Below, in pieces: positions 62,948 to 64,000 of a stretch of 64,000 nt of DNA. How positions within the stretch are numbered: position 1 is the stretch's first letter; the number at the start of each line of letters is the position of its first letter. A program made the translations under genes and the position numbers. Source of the stretch: Dehalococcoidia bacterium (GTDB taxonomy: Bacteria; Chloroflexota; Dehalococcoidia; Lucifugimonadales; UBA2985); assembly GCA_965247535.1 (NCBI GenBank), contig OZ252018.1, positions 782,674 to 846,673 on the forward strand, given 5' to 3'. The notes beneath the pieces were generated by a model that did not search any database, was not told the origin of the DNA, and worked only from the letters and a program-made list of their open reading frames with translations.

Positions 62948-64000
62948 ATGTATAGATTGGCTCTGGACCTCAAGGCTAGACGGATTGTCTTGATAGCTGG
63001 AATACTCCTGGCGGCATCTCTGCTGGCAATGGTCCTGCAAAGATCCGCGTCCGCGCAGAATGGCGACATAATGTACCCGGAGAACGGGGATGAGGCCGTG
63101 GCGACGTTCACGGCGACTGACCCCGAGGGGGAGGACATTACCTGGAGTGTAAGCGGCACCGACGAATCAGATTTCAAGATCGACGACGGCGTGCTGACCT
63201 TTGCCAAGTCGCCCAACTACGAGATGCCGACGGACGTAGTGGGTACAAGCCCATCCACTGCTGTGGCCAATGACAACACCTACGAGGTCAGCGTCGTGGC
63301 TTCTGCGGGAGATTCGAATACCCCCGCGGTCCAGATGGTTTCAGAAGAAGTCATCGTCAACGTCACGAACGTTGAGGAGGCCGGCTCGATCGTGCTTTCC
63401 ACGCTGCAGCCGCAGGTGGAAATACCGATTGACGCCACACTATCCGATCCCGACAACCCCAATCTGCCTGCCACCCCACTTGTGGGTTTGACGTGGGAAT
63501 GGTTGCGAGGTGAGGACGTAATCGCAGGCGCGACTGGCGACACGTATACACCCATGGTCAGCGACGTCGGCTCGGTCCTGACGGCGAGGGCGAGCTACGA
63601 GGACGCCGAGGGAAAGGACAAGACCGCCGAGATTGAATCGGCGCACGCGGTCCGCGCGAAGCCTGCCACCAATACCCCTCCTGCATTCCCGGACCAGGAC
63701 CCGAATATGGCCGGTAATCAGCAGACGCGGATGGTGGCCGAGAACACGCCCGCGGGTGAGGACATCGGAGCGCCCGTCGAGGCCACTGACGGCGGGGACG
63801 TGTTGACCTACTCCGCCGACAACGACGCCGACCCAGCGACTGAGTTTACTACATTCGACATCGACCGCGCGACGGGCCAGCTGAAGACAAAGGCGGACCT
63901 GAACACTGAGGCTGCTCCCACGCAGACGGTGGCAGTGACGGCTACGGATCCATTTGGGGCTTCCGCAACAGTCACGGTGACCATTACGGTCACGAACGTA
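62948..64000 (+). CDS. Secreted cadherin-repeat protein, 3'-truncated (not in ORF track)
   Basis: GAGG RBS; MYRLALDLKARRIVLIAGILLAASLLA signal; YPENG..AVATFTATDPEG, PNYEMPTD, VTNVEEAG, VAENTPAGEDIGAPV; open to the window end. Confidence 0.88.
   Translation, partial: MYRLALDLKARRIVLIAGILLAASLLAMVLQRSASAQNGDIMYPENGDEAVATFTATDPEGEDITWSVSGTDESDFKIDDGVLTFAKSPNYEMPTDVVGTSPSTAVANDNTYEVSVVASAGDSNTPAVQMVSEEVIVNVTNVEEAGSIVLSTLQPQVEIPIDATLSDPDNPNLPATPLVGLTWEWLRGEDVIAGATGDTYTPMVSDVGSVLTARASYEDAEGKDKTAEIESAHAVRAKPATNTPPAFPDQDPNMAGNQQTRMVAENTPAGEDIGAPVEATDGGDVLTYSADNDADPATEFTTFDIDRATGQLKTKADLNTEAAPTQTVAVTATDPFGASATVTVTITVTNV

Overview
High-GC bacterial chromosomal window. The gene content points to a host-associated, possibly sponge-associated, Chloroflexota/Dehalococcoidia (SAR202-like) genome; this is inference, not demonstrated. 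Core genes are thiE, an rnhB-yraN fusion, mnmA, addAB-like helicase/nuclease, nhaA, oppD/F/A, tRNA-Lys(CTT) and tRNA-Leu(TAG). There is also a form II coxSLM(D)E + coxG molybdenum hydroxylase cluster and several surface proteins: two Ig/cadherin adhesins cut by the window edges, an OmcB-like DUF11 protein and a PPC-domain protein. Defence-like genes are a Type IIG-like R-M fusion and a low-GC HEPN/DUF3644-like gene next to a decayed HicB. Many genes are fragmented or carry nonsense codons (SulP, NCS2 permease, sterol reductase, HicB, MFS, ABC subunits, coxD). The best candidate for an undescribed system is the islet at about 50.8-53.2 kb: a leaderless XRE regulator, an uncharacterised 327-aa protein, and a Cys/His-rich protein whose probable N-terminus (missed by the ORF track) has an in-frame TGA in a (U/C)xxC motif. 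A cluster of CGTC-type REP-like palindromes with a 204-bp tandem duplication lies at 62.1-62.65 kb. No CRISPR array, rRNA, integrase or intact transposase was seen. All family assignments come from motif recognition by eye, not database searches.
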